Of a stretch of DNA of 64,000 bases, positions 62,543 to 64,000 are shown in pieces. Origin of the DNA: Marsupella aquatica (lineage: Eukaryota > Plantae > Marchantiophyta). The notes under the pieces were generated by a model. The model ran no database searches. It was not told the DNA's origin and saw only the letters and a program-made list of their open reading frames with translations. Positions within the stretch are counted from its first letter, which is position 1; each line of letters starts with the position of its first letter. The translations under genes and the position numbers were made by a program. Where the stretch lies: positions 4,593,925 to 4,657,924 of the forward strand of contig OZ316896.1 in assembly GCA_973895155.1 (NCBI GenBank), in the 5' to 3' direction.

Positions 62543-63845
62543 CAGTATTTAGTCTCACACACTCTAATTACTGTGAGGTTATATTTGAGGTAAGTGACGG
62601 TAATTAGGGTGTGTGACACTAAATAATATGGTATGACACTAATTATGGTCACATGTCAAATAGTGTCACACACACTTATTAAAACAAATAGAAGGGACGA
62701 TAGTCAAAACTTGCTAATAAAAAATTAAAAATGTACACAATATTTTATTACAATTTACAAAATTTACTACTCAAACATTGAGAAAACTTTAGAAACTTAT
62801 CTCCTTCCATATACTACTCAAACATTGAACAAAATTCATAAATTTATAACTCACAAATTGCAGTTTGGGGTACTCAACCACATTGAGCAAACATTCAAGA
62901 TCTGTTTGATTCAATCACTTCTATCAACTACGAATAACACATGTTGAAGCTACGAACTAACATCCTTTTCACTCTCCTACAACCTGTCCCTTGTGTCCCC
63001 GCTTGTGTCTCATCCTTGCAAGACGGCATACAGCCCCAAGAGAAGTGGGTTGAGCCGGCTCTTCACCTGGTTCACCAACATCAGGAGCCACTTCAACAGT
63101 AGCATCAATGTCAAAGCCAACTCGACTCCCTTCAAAATTCACTTGATACTTTACTATATGATATTCTGAAGCTTAGGTGTAAATTGATTTTCAGACTATA
63201 CACCATTCACATTTAGAGACAAACCGGTGTTTATCATTGAATTTTGTGCACAAGACATGTCATGTGTGTCAACATAACTATTCAGCTCAGCTACAAAGTC
63301 CCTTGCCAATGACAAAAACCAATGTTTGCCTGGATTTATTAATTTCCCAGATGTGCTCCGTGTCCCGGTCCCCACATTTTTTGGGTCTTCATTTATCATT
63401 TTTTGAAGTGCAACGAGGATAAGCCAAAGGAGATGCAGATTAATTACCAGTGACATTTTGACATAGTGTTGATTCTCTCTTGGATTCTCTTTCCCTTGGT
63501 CTAGCAAATCCAGCTATGATGGCCAATCCATTCCCGCCATGTTATCAATATGTCAACCTCCTTTCACAAAGACTGACAAGCTAAAACACAAAAAAGCTTT
63601 CTAAGAACATGCACACAAAGAGATGTCACTGGTAGTCTGGATAACTTTGGAGTGGGTCCAGTTTAGGGTTACCACCAATAACATTATTACCTCTAATCAT
63701 CAATATTTTTCAATATGTTAATTTATTTTTCAAAATTAGGGGTGACAGTAAATAGTGTCACTTGGCTGAAAATCAAGGGCTACATCTAATTACTGTGTGT
63801 GATACTAATTGTTAGTGACACTAATTGTTTCATGACACTAAACCA
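62543..63845 (-). mobile_element. Degenerate DNA-transposon remnant with TGACAC/GTGTCA subterminal motifs and a coding fragment
   Basis: Both flanks rich in tagtgtcac/gtgacacta; hairpin at 62546-62625; minus-strand fragment ...GKLINPGKHWFLSLARDFVAELNSYVDTHDMSCAQNSMINTGLSLNVNGV*SENQFTPKLQNII. Boundaries approximate. Confidence 0.4.
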
Positions 63846-64000
63846 AGGAAGACCAAAGGGCAACCCAATGAAAAGGGGGAACAGGATAAGAAGGAAAATC
63901 AGGGAAGACTTAACAGAGGCAAGGGGCCCTAGCGACTTCTGACTTGTAAAAGCCACTCTACCAACCATGCATTAAGGAATTCGAAAGCAGCAGAGAGAAG

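Noticed and set aside
1-64000. tRNA, rRNA or snRNA genes
   Set aside because: None recognised by eye; tRNAscan-SE and Infernal would be needed to exclude them.

Overview
Eukaryotic land-plant nuclear DNA with spliced GT-AG genes; a bryophyte-like (possibly liverwort) origin is inferred, not demonstrated. Host genes: the 3' part of a peroxisomal beta-oxidation multifunctional protein (AIM1/MFP2 family, PTS1 'SRL'), an intronless LRR-VIII-1 receptor-like kinase, ZSWIM7/SWS1, PRC1 RING1 and an FCP1/NIF-type HAD protein. There is also a 726-aa tandem-repeat ORF and a processed NTF2-RRM (G3BP-like) pseudogene. Mobile DNA: non-autonomous Helitron-like elements, a pogo/Tigger deletion derivative, another probable DNA-transposon remnant and many short tandem duplications. 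The most notable feature is a ~3.57-kb element (7192-10761) carrying an intron-containing DUF3504/Crypton-type tyrosine recombinase with a K-x-x-R active-site variant. It is bounded by 29-bp inverted repeats with nearby TTAA and has a helically phased subterminal motif array. It abuts a 145-bp mini-unit with the same ends, forming an att/circle-junction-like palindrome. This looks like a Crypton-like tyrosine-recombinase transposon system in a land plant. All coordinates were read by eye and no database searches were run.
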